From IMG/VR virus record IMGVR_UViG_3300043425_000840: 64,000 bases of DNA; one strand, given 5' to 3'. This DNA comes from a virus (Duplodnaviria; Heunggongvirae; Uroviricota; Caudoviricetes). The position numbers and the translations under genes were made by a program. Below are positions 38,938 through 48,710 of this stretch, piece after piece (position 1 is the first letter of the stretch; each line of letters opens with the position of its first letter). Under the pieces are notes generated by a model that worked only from the letters and a program-made list of their open reading frames with translations, made no database searches and was not told the origin of the DNA.

Positions 38938-39336
38938 ATGAAAGACATTTTTAAAAAAGTTTTCTCGGAGAAAACATCTTCACCAATTTTTATTGGTTTC
39001 GGGGTATTTGCAATTTTTACATTCATTGTATTTCCAGGATTAACCGCATCAAATACGATGTTTAATATTTTATCTGCGGTCATTGGTTTATTCAGTTTAA
39101 TATTTGTTTATTACTACATTAAAATGGATAAGTTCGTTGATGGTTTGATGAATATTGAACCGGGTGAAACCGAACTCGATTACATTAATCCTGATGAATT
39201 AAAACCGAAGAAAAAAAGAAATCCAAAACAATTTGATGGGGTTAAGACCGACGAACCTTTTGTGAAAACCAGAAAGAAAAACAAACCTGAATTTCCAATA
39301 GAACCTCATCGTACAACAATAAATAAAACAAAATAA
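38938..39336 (+). CDS. membrane protein (hypothetical)
   Basis: Two TM segments, then a basic tail. Confidence 0.45.
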   Translation: MKDIFKKVFSEKTSSPIFIGFGVFAIFTFIVFPGLTASNTMFNILSAVIGLFSLIFVYYYIKMDKFVDGLMNIEPGETELDYINPDELKPKKKRNPKQFDGVKTDEPFVKTRKKNKPEFPIEPHRTTINKTK

Positions 39337-39337
39337 T

Positions 39338-40282
39338 ATGGCATCATTTAGTAGATACGATAATCAGTACGATAGATACGGAAATCGTAGAACAAAAGAA
39401 GAGCTCGACCGAATGGAGAGCGAATTTAATCAACAACAACAACAAAAAAGAAAACAAATTATGAGAAACATTTTAATCGGAGTAGGATTATTTTTTACAT
39501 TAACTTTTTTATTTTTCTCTTGTGAGAGAATCGACGCAGGACACGTTGGTGTCAAAGTAAATCAATATGGTGATGATAAGGGAGTTGATGCCGTGGTTGC
39601 GGTGACCGGTATGGTATTTTACAACCCAATTACCACAACAGTATATGAATTTCCTACATTCATCCAACATAAAGAATATAAAGGTGAGAATTCATTTGTT
39701 GTGAATAGTAAGGACGGTAGTGAATTTAGTGTCTCACCAATTATGAACTATTCAGTACAAAGAGAAAAAGTACCATCCATATTTAGTAAGTATCGTAGAC
39801 CATTAGAGGACATTGAAGAAGGTTTCTTAAAGACTGCGGTGTACGATGCGTTCAGATTGGCTACTAACAAATATACTGCCGATGAATTAATTAGTAACAG
39901 AGCGGTATTTGAAATTGAAGTTCGTAGATTATTGGATGGGCAGTTATTAAAAGAAGGATTTGTTATCAACCAATTCACATCTAACTTGATTTATCCTGAG
40001 ACATTTAAGAAGTCTATTGAAGCTAAGAACAACGCAGTTCAAGCGGCATTGAGAGCGGAGAATGAAGTTAAAACGGCCGAGGCACAAGCTAAGATTAAAG
40101 TGGCAACCGCCGAAGGTAACGCTCAAGCAATGTTGACATCTGCAAAGGCGGAAGCGGAATCAAACAGATTAAAACAAGCAACATTAACTCCATTGTTGTT
40201 ACAATTAGAGTACATTAATAAATGGGATGGTAAGTTACCGGTGTATGGAACAGTACCTCAAATGTTTAAAAACATTCAATAA
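39338..40282 (+). CDS. SPFH/band-7 (prohibitin/HflKC-like) domain membrane protein
   Basis: N-terminal TM segment, SPFH core, and the characteristic Ala/Glu-rich helix 'ENEVKTAEAQAKIKVATAEGNAQAMLTSAKAEAESNRLK'. Confidence 0.7.
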   Translation: MASFSRYDNQYDRYGNRRTKEELDRMESEFNQQQQQKRKQIMRNILIGVGLFFTLTFLFFSCERIDAGHVGVKVNQYGDDKGVDAVVAVTGMVFYNPITTTVYEFPTFIQHKEYKGENSFVVNSKDGSEFSVSPIMNYSVQREKVPSIFSKYRRPLEDIEEGFLKTAVYDAFRLATNKYTADELISNRAVFEIEVRRLLDGQLLKEGFVINQFTSNLIYPETFKKSIEAKNNAVQAALRAENEVKTAEAQAKIKVATAEGNAQAMLTSAKAEAESNRLKQATLTPLLLQLEYINKWDGKLPVYGTVPQMFKNIQ

Positions 40283-40821
40283 TGAAGTTTATCAAGACAG
40301 ACATCGAGGGATGTTTTCTTATCACATACGAATCGTTTCACGACGATAGAGGATTCTTCTCGGTACCATACAATAAAGAAGACTTTAATCAAAATGTGGG
40401 ATATGATGTTGAGTTCGTTCAGGATAATATGTCATATTCTCATTATGGGACCATTAGAGGACTTCATTTCCAAAAGGGAGAGTATGAACAGGCTAAGTTA
40501 GTAACGTGTACACAAGGACGTGTTTTGGACGTTGTGGTGGATATTAGAAAGGACTCCTTAACCTACGGTGAAGTTGTTAAGGTGGAGTTGGGTTGGTCTT
40601 TGAATAGACAACTCTTTGTCCCAAGGGGATGTGCACACGGATTCTCAGTATTAAGTACCAATGCAATCTTTCAATATAAGGTTGATAATCAATACAATAA
40701 GGAGTCTGAAGGTGGAATCGTTTACAATGACGAAACCTTAAAAATTGATTGGAAAATACCAGAAACTCAAAAAAGAATATCAGATAAGGATTTAGAATTA
40801 CCAAGTTTTATATCTTTGTAG
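40282..40821 (+). CDS. rmlC: dTDP-4-dehydrorhamnose 3,5-epimerase (RmlC-like cupin)
   Basis: 'IRGLHFQ', 'KLVTCTQGRVLDVVVDIRKDSLTYGE', and a 'MKFIKTDIEGCFLI' N-terminus typical of RmlC. Confidence 0.75.
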   Translation: MKFIKTDIEGCFLITYESFHDDRGFFSVPYNKEDFNQNVGYDVEFVQDNMSYSHYGTIRGLHFQKGEYEQAKLVTCTQGRVLDVVVDIRKDSLTYGEVVKVELGWSLNRQLFVPRGCAHGFSVLSTNAIFQYKVDNQYNKESEGGIVYNDETLKIDWKIPETQKRISDKDLELPSFISL

Positions 40822-40834
40822 GGTATTTATAAAA

Positions 40835-41269
40835 ATGTACAATATGGAAGATAAAGAATATATTGGTGATTTAATCTTACTACGAGGAGTACCTGGTTCA
40901 GGGAAAACTACTGTAGGTGAGGTTATTTTGAGATGTGTGAGAGGTGATAATCCCGATGTTTTATCTGCGGATAACTTCTTTATGTCTGATAAAGGAATTT
41001 ACAATTTCGACGGTTCAAAATTGAAAGAGGCTCATAATGATTGTCTTTTGAAATGTGCTGAGAGAATGAAGAATGAATTCAGTAGAATCGTTGTTGCAAA
41101 TACATTTACCGAGGAGTGGGAAATGGAGAAGTATTTTGAAATTGCGGAAAGATACAAATATCGTGTCCATACTCTTGTTGTTGAGAATCGTCACGGAAGT
41201 AGTAATGTACACGGGGTACCGGATGAAAAAGTCAAACAAATGAAAGACCGATTCAACGTTAAGTTATAA
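40835..41269 (+). CDS. P-loop polynucleotide kinase-like protein (T4 Pnk kinase-domain-like)
   Basis: Walker A 'GVPGSGKTT'; 'VVANTFTEEWE' parallels T4 Pnk 'ISDTNLNPERR'; ~144 aa. Confidence 0.6.
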   Translation: MYNMEDKEYIGDLILLRGVPGSGKTTVGEVILRCVRGDNPDVLSADNFFMSDKGIYNFDGSKLKEAHNDCLLKCAERMKNEFSRIVVANTFTEEWEMEKYFEIAERYKYRVHTLVVENRHGSSNVHGVPDEKVKQMKDRFNVKL

Positions 41270-41271
41270 TT

Positions 41272-41300
41272 TAATCCCCGATTTTTCGGGGATTTTTTTT
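41272..41300 (+). terminator. rho-independent terminator
   Basis: 'atccccga ttttt cggggat' stem followed by an 8-T run. Confidence 0.65.
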
Positions 41301-41357
41301 TGATATTTTGTAATATCAATAATAATATGTATTTTTACGTAAAAGAACTTACTAACA

Positions 41358-41858
41358 ATGGGAACAAATTATTATCGAATTCCAACTGTGGAAGAGATGG
41401 AAAACAAAAAGATTAAACTAATTCATAGTATCACCAATTTAGACATATCACCATCTAACATTGAATGTGGATTTAGAGTCGCTGTTGATGACCAATGGGG
41501 TTCAGAATCACCTTGGGACACTTTCATTAATGGTACCAATATTCACTTAGGTAAACGAAGTAGTGGTTGGAAATTCTGTTGGAATTTTCACGATAACAAA
41601 TACTACTCCAATAAAGAAGAACTACTTAAATTCATTAGAGATGGTCGTGTTGTTGATGAATATGGAGAAGAGTTAGATGTAAATGAGTTTATTGTGATGG
41701 CACTTAATTGGGGTGAACCTGATGGTTTGGTTGTTAATAAAGAATATCGTAAAGAACAAAGACTAAAAGGTCACGGGTCATTTTGGACTGATAATGAAAA
41801 ATATGACGATTTAATAATCGATGGACTTCGAGTAAGTACATCAACAGATTTTTGTTAG
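41358..41858 (+). CDS. hypothetical protein (166 aa)
   Basis: ORF. Confidence 0.5.
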   Translation: MGTNYYRIPTVEEMENKKIKLIHSITNLDISPSNIECGFRVAVDDQWGSESPWDTFINGTNIHLGKRSSGWKFCWNFHDNKYYSNKEELLKFIRDGRVVDEYGEELDVNEFIVMALNWGEPDGLVVNKEYRKEQRLKGHGSFWTDNEKYDDLIIDGLRVSTSTDFC

Positions 41859-41862
41859 TAAG

Positions 41863-42516
41863 ATGATAAAGATAGATAATCACATAAAGGTTTGGATAAC
41901 ATCCGACACACATTACAATCATAGTAATATATGTCGAGGAACTACCAAATGGAGAATGCCTGATGGTTCAATACCGATAGCACAAACTAGAGATTTCGAA
42001 ACTATCGATAAAATGAATTCTGCAATTGTAAATAACATTAATGAATTGGTTGGTCAAGATGATGTGTTAATACATTTGGGTGACTGGTCGTTTGGTGGAT
42101 TTGAACAAATAGAAGAATTTTACAACAGATTAATTTGTAAGAATATTCATTTAGTTTTAGGTAATCACGACCATCACATTGACAGAAATCGAGATGATAT
42201 TCGTAACAAATTTCTAAGCGTGAATTGGTTTGAACAATTCTCATATCAAGGCGAAACAATAGAGATGTGTCACTATCCAATATCGTCGTGGAATGGATTA
42301 CGTAAAGGACGTGTTCATCTTCACGGACACTGTCACTTACCTAACCATAAAAAGTATAGTAATGGACGTAGAATGGATGTTGGTATGGATGGTAACCCTG
42401 AGTTCGCACCATATGATTTGAAGAAGATATTGAACGATATGAAGAAAAGAGAAATAGGTTCAGAACTTGGTGCTGATGACCATCACACAGATGATATGTT
42501 AAACGTTGATAGATGA
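41863..42516 (+). CDS. calcineurin-like metallophosphoesterase
   Basis: 'VWITSDTHYNH', 'LIHLGDWSFGG', 'LVLGNHDHH', 'HLHGHCH'. Confidence 0.75.
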   Translation: MIKIDNHIKVWITSDTHYNHSNICRGTTKWRMPDGSIPIAQTRDFETIDKMNSAIVNNINELVGQDDVLIHLGDWSFGGFEQIEEFYNRLICKNIHLVLGNHDHHIDRNRDDIRNKFLSVNWFEQFSYQGETIEMCHYPISSWNGLRKGRVHLHGHCHLPNHKKYSNGRRMDVGMDGNPEFAPYDLKKILNDMKKREIGSELGADDHHTDDMLNVDR

Positions 42517-43709
42517 AATTAGAGACATTAGAAAAATATCATAAAGATGGGTTGTTACATAAACAGACTCACCCAACTCTCGATTTAACTATTTGGAATT
42601 ATAGTCCAAGAGTTCAATATGAAAAGTTGTGGGATGATGTTACAATTCAATGTCGCGGATTGGTTACCAATTCTAAAGGTGATATTGTTGCAAGACCATT
42701 TAAGAAATTCTTTAACTACGAAGAACATAAACCTGAAGATTTACCAAACGAATTTTTTGAGGTTTATGAAAAAATGGATGGGTCATTAGGTATTCTTTTT
42801 TATTATGAATATGAATTGAGTGACGAAAGAAGATACAACATATGGTTTAATAACAATTATGAAACAGGTATGGAAAAGTTTTTTGACCCAAAGAACTTAC
42901 CTGATTTTGATAATCCATATTATGAACCAACACCTAAAATAAAAGGTGAATGGATTATGGCAACTCGTGGGTCATTTACATCGTCACAAGCAATTAAAGG
43001 AAAAGAACTTTTAGATAGATATGATTTCGAAAGACTACACAAGGGTTACACATATTTGTTTGAGATAATTTACAAAGAGAATAGAATAGTGTGTGAATAT
43101 GATTATGAAGATATTGTTTTGTTAGGAATGATTGAAACAAAATCAGGTAATGAAGTTGATATTCATAACAGCGATGAAGACATTCGATTTCAAAATATGA
43201 TTTCCAATATTGGATTTCGTGTTGTTATGTTATATAAAACTTGGGGAGAAGGTTATGATTTGTTGAAGGAGGAGATATCAAAGGATAGAGAGGGATATGT
43301 TGTTCGTTTCAAGAATGGTTTTCGTATGAAAATCAAAGGAGAAGAGTATAAACGACTTCATAGAATTTTAACTAATGTATCCAATCGTGACATATGGGAA
43401 TATCTAAGAGCAGGTAAACCACTCGATGAAATATTGGATAAAGTACCAGATGAATTCTATGATTGGGTAAAGGGTGAGGAAAGTAAGTTCTTGGAAATGT
43501 ATCGAATAACCGACACAATGTGTCAGTTAACATTTATGAACATTATTAAACCTGAAATGACAAGAAAAGAATCTGCATTAAAAATTAAAGAACAAAAATT
43601 AGATTTGCAGGCACTTCTATTTAGAATGTTAGATAATAAAGATTACTCGGATTTGATTTGGAAAAATCTATATCCAAAATATTCAAAACCATTTAAAAAA
43701 GATGAATAA
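42513..43709 (+). CDS. RNA ligase, T4 Rnl1 family
   Basis: Nucleotidyltransferase motif I 'KMDGSLGILFYY' (T4 RnlA 'KEDGSL'); N-terminal 'CRGLV...KFFNYEE' matches T4 'CRGIMF...KFFNLNE'. Confidence 0.75.
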   Translation: MKLETLEKYHKDGLLHKQTHPTLDLTIWNYSPRVQYEKLWDDVTIQCRGLVTNSKGDIVARPFKKFFNYEEHKPEDLPNEFFEVYEKMDGSLGILFYYEYELSDERRYNIWFNNNYETGMEKFFDPKNLPDFDNPYYEPTPKIKGEWIMATRGSFTSSQAIKGKELLDRYDFERLHKGYTYLFEIIYKENRIVCEYDYEDIVLLGMIETKSGNEVDIHNSDEDIRFQNMISNIGFRVVMLYKTWGEGYDLLKEEISKDREGYVVRFKNGFRMKIKGEEYKRLHRILTNVSNRDIWEYLRAGKPLDEILDKVPDEFYDWVKGEESKFLEMYRITDTMCQLTFMNIIKPEMTRKESALKIKEQKLDLQALLFRMLDNKDYSDLIWKNLYPKYSKPFKKDE

Positions 43710-44190
43710 AAATAAAATTTACTTATATCTTGATGATGTAAGAACACCAACAGAAGGTGATTGGAAAGTAGTAAGAAACTATGATGAGTTTGTTAGTCAT
43801 ATAAGACTGAATGGTTTAGAGAACTATGAAGTTATATCATTGGACCACGACTTAGGTGAACTGTCAATGGTTGAATATTATACAAACGTAAAAAATAACT
43901 ACACATTAAACTATGACAATATAGTTAATGAGAAAACAGGTTATGATTGTTGTAAGTGGTTAGTTGCTGAGAGTATGAATAAAAACATACCACTACCACA
44001 GATTTATATCCACTCCGCGAACCCAATAGGCTCTGCAAATATGATGGGCTACATCAACAATTATTTTATGAATAGTAGATTACCGCAAACGTGTGTAAGA
44101 GTTCAAATCCCTCATACAATTGATGAGAGTCATATGTTATCACCAGAAGCAAGAAAAGCTAAATGGGATAGAACAAATAACATCAAATAA
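43702..44190 (+). CDS. hypothetical protein (162 aa)
   Basis: ORF. Confidence 0.5.
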   Translation: MNKNKIYLYLDDVRTPTEGDWKVVRNYDEFVSHIRLNGLENYEVISLDHDLGELSMVEYYTNVKNNYTLNYDNIVNEKTGYDCCKWLVAESMNKNIPLPQIYIHSANPIGSANMMGYINNYFMNSRLPQTCVRVQIPHTIDESHMLSPEARKAKWDRTNNIK

Positions 44191-44241
44191 TTTGTTATTT
44201 TAAAATAAAAACTCTATATTTTTATTAAAAACTTTTTAATA

Positions 44242-45324
44242 ATGTCAAAGATAAAAGAACTAAAAACTGATACACAAAATGTCTTAAATTTAATAGATGT
44301 TTTAGAGCTGTTCAGTCCTGAAAAGAAATCAAAGTACACAGACACGTTACTAAGATTAATGAGAAACACCAGTTCATTAGATGAACACATACTTGAAATC
44401 AAAACATCATTGATTAATAAATTTGATTTCATTCGAATGGAGGATTTGAATAATTTTTCTGACATTCAAGTTTTATTAATGTTTAGATTTCTTGACGCGT
44501 TCTTTAATTTTGAAGATTTAAGAAGTTTTAGAAAGTTTTGTGAATACAATGAAAGAGGTTTAATTTCACAAAATGATTTAAGTAAGTATAAATCATTTGA
44601 AGATGTTTTAAATCAATTGAGTATGGCTGAAATGAAAGTCACCACAAAACAGATGGAAACCCAAATAGTTAAACTAATGGACACTGACGAGTGGTTAATT
44701 GTTAGACCATTAACATACTTAGCATCTAAAAAGTATGGTTCAAATACTAAATGGTGCACAACATCTGAAGGTAATCCTGAATATTTTATTAAGTATTCGT
44801 CTAAAGGAGTATTAATATATTGTATTAACAAAGTAACGGGATATAAAGTTGCAAGTTTTTATTCTTTAGATAAAAATGACCCTGAGTTTTCTTTTTGGAA
44901 TCAAAAAGATAGTAGAATTGATTCATTAGATACTGAATTGACTGATGAGATTAGACTCTTGATTCAATCTGTTTCTAAAGAGAAGAAAGCAAAAACAAAT
45001 AGATTTTTATTGTCCGATGAACAAAGGGTAATCGAAGATAAATTAATGAAAAGTAAATCAGATTTGTTCGACGCACCATCTCCCATAGGAGAAGAGTTAA
45101 GAGAAACTGTTTCAATGGAAGAACCATCTCCAGTTATGGAAGAACCGGTCCAAGAAGAGAGACAAGATAGATTAAACCCTTTTAGTCAAGCAATTGAAAG
45201 AAGAAATGAAGAAAGAAGAATAAGAGAAAGAAGATTGATGGGTGAACTCGAAGAAAGAAATGAAGAACGTCAATATGAAGATAGAGAAAACCAACCTCAA
45301 ACATTCCGTTCAGGCTCACTTTAA
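44242..45324 (+). CDS. hypothetical protein (360 aa) with charged E/R-rich C-terminal repeats
   Basis: 'EERQDRLNPFSQAIERRNEERRIRERRLMGELEERNEERQYEDRENQ'. Confidence 0.5.
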   Translation: MSKIKELKTDTQNVLNLIDVLELFSPEKKSKYTDTLLRLMRNTSSLDEHILEIKTSLINKFDFIRMEDLNNFSDIQVLLMFRFLDAFFNFEDLRSFRKFCEYNERGLISQNDLSKYKSFEDVLNQLSMAEMKVTTKQMETQIVKLMDTDEWLIVRPLTYLASKKYGSNTKWCTTSEGNPEYFIKYSSKGVLIYCINKVTGYKVASFYSLDKNDPEFSFWNQKDSRIDSLDTELTDEIRLLIQSVSKEKKAKTNRFLLSDEQRVIEDKLMKSKSDLFDAPSPIGEELRETVSMEEPSPVMEEPVQEERQDRLNPFSQAIERRNEERRIRERRLMGELEERNEERQYEDRENQPQTFRSGSL

Positions 45325-45335
45325 ACAAATATATT

Positions 45336-45836
45336 ATGCAAGTTAAACAATATAAAGTACAATTAAAAGAAGGTATCTGTACTGATATCTTTGATTCACC
45401 ACAAGCGGCAATGAAGAAGTTTGGTTCCAATCTTGCTAGACTTATTGAGTACGAATCAAAAGTTAAGAAGGAATTAAAAGCACCAACAGATATTGCACTT
45501 TTGATTTCAGCAAGAAGTGATGCAGATTTAGAAGTATCAGTTTCTTGTGGTTATGCGGTTATGTATAATTGTCCAAATAAAACAAAATTATATGAAGGAA
45601 TGCCGTATCTTGAAGTATCTGAAAATAGTGTTTTAGAGGGTACGGTTATAAGATTAGAAAGTTATTCTAAATCATTACATCACCATTGGAAAGGTCCTGG
45701 TTATAGACCTGATAAAGAATGGAAATGGGCAATCTACCACAAGAATTCTAAAATAATTCCGAGAGATGTTGCACAGAAAAAATACAACAACTCACTCAAC
45801 GGAACTCAAGGTGGTATAAGTTACATCAAATATTAA
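45336..45836 (+). CDS. hypothetical protein (166 aa)
   Basis: ORF. Confidence 0.5.
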   Translation: MQVKQYKVQLKEGICTDIFDSPQAAMKKFGSNLARLIEYESKVKKELKAPTDIALLISARSDADLEVSVSCGYAVMYNCPNKTKLYEGMPYLEVSENSVLEGTVIRLESYSKSLHHHWKGPGYRPDKEWKWAIYHKNSKIIPRDVAQKKYNNSLNGTQGGISYIKY

Positions 45837-45857
45837 TTAATCATAAAAAACGAATGA

Positions 45858-46223
45858 ATGATTAGTCCTTACGTTTATCCGGGTATTAAACAAACATTAT
45901 TACCTAAAAAGAAGAGAATCAAAAGAAGTCTTATTTCCCCTGAAAAAATTATGAGTATCGTCGCAGAACATTGCGGTGTGACTGTAACTGAGATTCTTTC
46001 AAGAGGAAGAAAAAGAGAAGTATGTGACGCAAGACACATATTTTGTGCGGTAATGAGAAAAGAATTTTCTTACCCTTTGAAAAGTATTGGTGAAATGGTT
46101 AGTGGTAGAGACCACACAACCGCAATTCATTCTATCCAAACCTTCAATGATAGATATAAAACAGAAGAGGGTTACAAAGAGTTGGCAGACTCAATCGTTG
46201 ATGACGTTTTCCAAAGAATATAA
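45858..46223 (+). CDS. DnaA domain IV-like helix-turn-helix protein
   Basis: 'DARHIFCAVMRKEFSYPLKSIGEMVSGRDHTTAIHSIQTF' resembles DnaA C-terminal 'R.IAMYL.REL...SL..IG..FGGRDHTTV.HA..KI'. Confidence 0.55.
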   Translation: MISPYVYPGIKQTLLPKKKRIKRSLISPEKIMSIVAEHCGVTVTEILSRGRKREVCDARHIFCAVMRKEFSYPLKSIGEMVSGRDHTTAIHSIQTFNDRYKTEEGYKELADSIVDDVFQRI

Positions 46224-46281
46224 CGGAATATCTTTTTTATAAAAAATACTAGATATTTTTTGGAATATTCAAAAACATTAT

Positions 46282-46289
46282 TATCTTTG
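46282..46289 (+). promoter_or_regulatory. Bacteroidetes-type -7 motif (TAnnTTTG) just upstream of 46294
   Basis: 'tatctttg' sits 4 nt before the ATG. Confidence 0.3.
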
Positions 46290-46293
46290 TAAT

Positions 46294-46854
46294 ATGAAAA
46301 CATTAATTATACATCCAGAGGATGAGAGCACATCCTTCCTCGACATTGTCTACAAAGACGTTGTGGATAAGACTGTTGTGAAAGGTGGTATGTCTAAAAT
46401 GGACGTAATGAACCTTATCAACGAACACGACCGAGTTATGATGATGGGTCACGGAAGTCCTGGTGGACTTTTTTCCGTGGGACAATTCAAATATTCTGGT
46501 TGGAGAAACACGGGGTATATCATTGACCAACATTGTGTACCACTTTTAAAAGAAAAGAAAGATAATGTGTTTATTTGGTGTAACGCCGATAAGTTTGTTA
46601 ACTTATTTGGTTTGAAAGGTTTCTATTCAGGAATGTTCATTAGTGAAGTTGGTGAGGCACTATATTGTGGATTACCTAACACACCACAAAAAATTGTTGA
46701 TGAATCTAATTACGGTTTTGTTAATATCATATCAAAATATATTAATGAACCAACCAACATCATTTATGAAAATGTTCGAAAAGAATATGGTTTAATCGCC
46801 GAGAATAATGATGTTGCTGAATACAATAATATGAGACTATATGCATCAGAATAA
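46294..46854 (+). CDS. hypothetical protein (186 aa) with 'MMGHGSPGG' and 'DQHC' motifs
   Basis: ORF. The His-Gly ... Asp-x-His-Cys spacing is loosely clan-CD-peptidase-like. This is speculative. Confidence 0.45.
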   Translation: MKTLIIHPEDESTSFLDIVYKDVVDKTVVKGGMSKMDVMNLINEHDRVMMMGHGSPGGLFSVGQFKYSGWRNTGYIIDQHCVPLLKEKKDNVFIWCNADKFVNLFGLKGFYSGMFISEVGEALYCGLPNTPQKIVDESNYGFVNIISKYINEPTNIIYENVRKEYGLIAENNDVAEYNNMRLYASE

Positions 46855-47182
46855 ACTTGAATTTGAGGCTTTAGATAAGAGATTTAATAAGTACAAAATA
46901 AAAGTCAAAGGAAGTTCTAAGTTCTTAACCGAGGATAATAAACACTTTAGAATGTGTTTTGAATCTAAAAACGAATTAGGTTTAGATAACACTCTTTGGG
47001 TTTTAGAAACTGATGTTGAGTTTATTGCTGATAATTTTGATGTGTACAATTACGAGGCTTCTGAAATATTAACTCAGTGGTTCTCAAACAAATTTAACGT
47101 CAAAGTTAGTACAGTTGGTCAACTGATACCTGAATATGTTAAACCATTATCTATTAACTTGATTGAAAATGTCACAGAATAA
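46841..47182 (+). CDS. hypothetical protein (113 aa)
   Basis: ORF. Confidence 0.45.
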   Translation: MHQNKLEFEALDKRFNKYKIKVKGSSKFLTEDNKHFRMCFESKNELGLDNTLWVLETDVEFIADNFDVYNYEASEILTQWFSNKFNVKVSTVGQLIPEYVKPLSINLIENVTE

Positions 47183-47378
47183 TACCCAAGACGAGAAAAA
47201 CATCTATAAAAGACAAATGATTCAAATGTCTGAAGATGCCAAAAAAACAATCACATTAAAATCAGAAATGATTTTAAATTGTTCTAATGATTTCGAGTTA
47301 GGTAAAATGGTTAGAATGTTATTATATGAAAAAATAAACGCGTGTGATGAACATATAAAACACGTTAATTCATTATGA
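47163..47378 (+). CDS. hypothetical small protein
   Basis: ORF. Confidence 0.4.
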   Translation: MKMSQNNTQDEKNIYKRQMIQMSEDAKKTITLKSEMILNCSNDFELGKMVRMLLYEKINACDEHIKHVNSL

Positions 47379-47653
47379 GTTATAAAACTTTTAAAGACAT
47401 TGAATTTACTCACGATAGAGATGGACAGTATTCAATGTTGATGTTCGAAAATGAATGGGGAGTTAGTGTAACAAGGTCTTTCGCTTGTTCTTTAGGTGCC
47501 GAACAAGGTTTATTTGAATTGGTTACATTAGATGAAAACGCTAATGTGGTTTATAACACACCATTAGTAGGACCTATTGGTTTTTTAACTGAAGATGAGG
47601 TAACTGAATTAATGATTGAAGTTCAAAATTTTCCAAAAAAACAAATAATATGA
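47375..47653 (+). CDS. hypothetical protein; paralogue of 52285-52560
   Basis: 'EWGVSVTRSF...LFELVTLDENANVVYNTPLVGPIGFLTEDEVTELMIEVQNF' versus 'GYGVSVVKHD...LYELAVVSEETGEILYDTPITEDVVGWLRPTDVTDIMSIVQKF'. Confidence 0.45.
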   Translation: MSYKTFKDIEFTHDRDGQYSMLMFENEWGVSVTRSFACSLGAEQGLFELVTLDENANVVYNTPLVGPIGFLTEDEVTELMIEVQNFPKKQII

Positions 47654-47943
47654 CAAACGTAGAAACAACTGAGGATTTGTATTATCCAGCAGCACAAAAC
47701 TTTTTAAAGAGATATGCAATTGATGCTAGTGACCACATCGTTGATATCATAGTTTCTGTGATGAGAACAAGAGATAAGGTAGGATTTCAAGGAGGTGACT
47801 TTGTACAATCAGTAGTAAATAACGACCTAACAAATGCAGCACTGAGAGCTGATAACGATTGTGTTAAACATTTGAAAACATTTGTTTTAGCTTTACGCAA
47901 TTGTTACCCTGTTGAGGAGATGACATTCCATAAAGTAGATTAA
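47650..47943 (+). CDS. hypothetical protein (97 aa)
   Basis: ORF. Confidence 0.45.
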   Translation: MTNVETTEDLYYPAAQNFLKRYAIDASDHIVDIIVSVMRTRDKVGFQGGDFVQSVVNNDLTNAALRADNDCVKHLKTFVLALRNCYPVEEMTFHKVD

Positions 47944-47957
47944 AGATATATATTGTA

Positions 47958-48710
47958 ATGAGTAAATTGTGGACATTTGGATGTAGTTTCACCGCAGAAT
48001 ATGATTTTACATCATATTTGAAACCCGGTCAAAGTGATGAATCTGAAAATAATAACATCAGATATAGAAATTACCGAGGTGGTGATATAAATGATGTGTG
48101 GCCCACAATTGTTGCAAGAGAATTAGGGTTAGAAAAAGAAAATATGGGGTACCCTGGTTTTTCTAACTACAGAATATTCAACAGATTTTCCGCAAACTGT
48201 CAAAGAATTCAAAAAGGTGATGTGGTAATTGTCGAATGGTCGAGAAAAGAACGATTCGATATTGTCAATAAAAATATGGGTAGACACCATCAAATGGTTT
48301 CTGTTATTCCATCAGAAGCACATAGCCACGTACAATATGATTTAAAAGTGATGCAACAAATATTGGTTAACAGAATTAACCCTGTTTGGTGTGATGAGAT
48401 ATATTCCTTTATGAAGTTAATGAAGGAATTAAGTCTTGCTAAGCAATTCGAATTATATTTTTGGTCGGCAGATAAACAAATAATCAACAAAGAAGATAAC
48501 TCATTTAAGTACAAATACAATTGTTTAGTGCCTGAAGCAAATACGGATATGACTAAGTTTCTCCGTGAATATGGTGCACAAAGTTTTCACGAAGAGACTA
48601 ATAGAATTCTACCGGATGATGAACATTATGGTGAAGTTGGTCATAGAGTAATGTCAGAAATGTTTCTAAGAGACATAAACAGATATAGAAACGGATATTA
48701 CAATGAATAA
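47958..48710 (+). CDS. SGNH-like hydrolase paralogue (Cys variant), tandem array member 1
   Basis: 'MSKLWTFGCSFTAEY', 'GYPGFSNYRIF', 'DDEHYGEVGHRVMSEMF' (DxxH). Confidence 0.55.
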   Translation: MSKLWTFGCSFTAEYDFTSYLKPGQSDESENNNIRYRNYRGGDINDVWPTIVARELGLEKENMGYPGFSNYRIFNRFSANCQRIQKGDVVIVEWSRKERFDIVNKNMGRHHQMVSVIPSEAHSHVQYDLKVMQQILVNRINPVWCDEIYSFMKLMKELSLAKQFELYFWSADKQIINKEDNSFKYKYNCLVPEANTDMTKFLREYGAQSFHEETNRILPDDEHYGEVGHRVMSEMFLRDINRYRNGYYNE

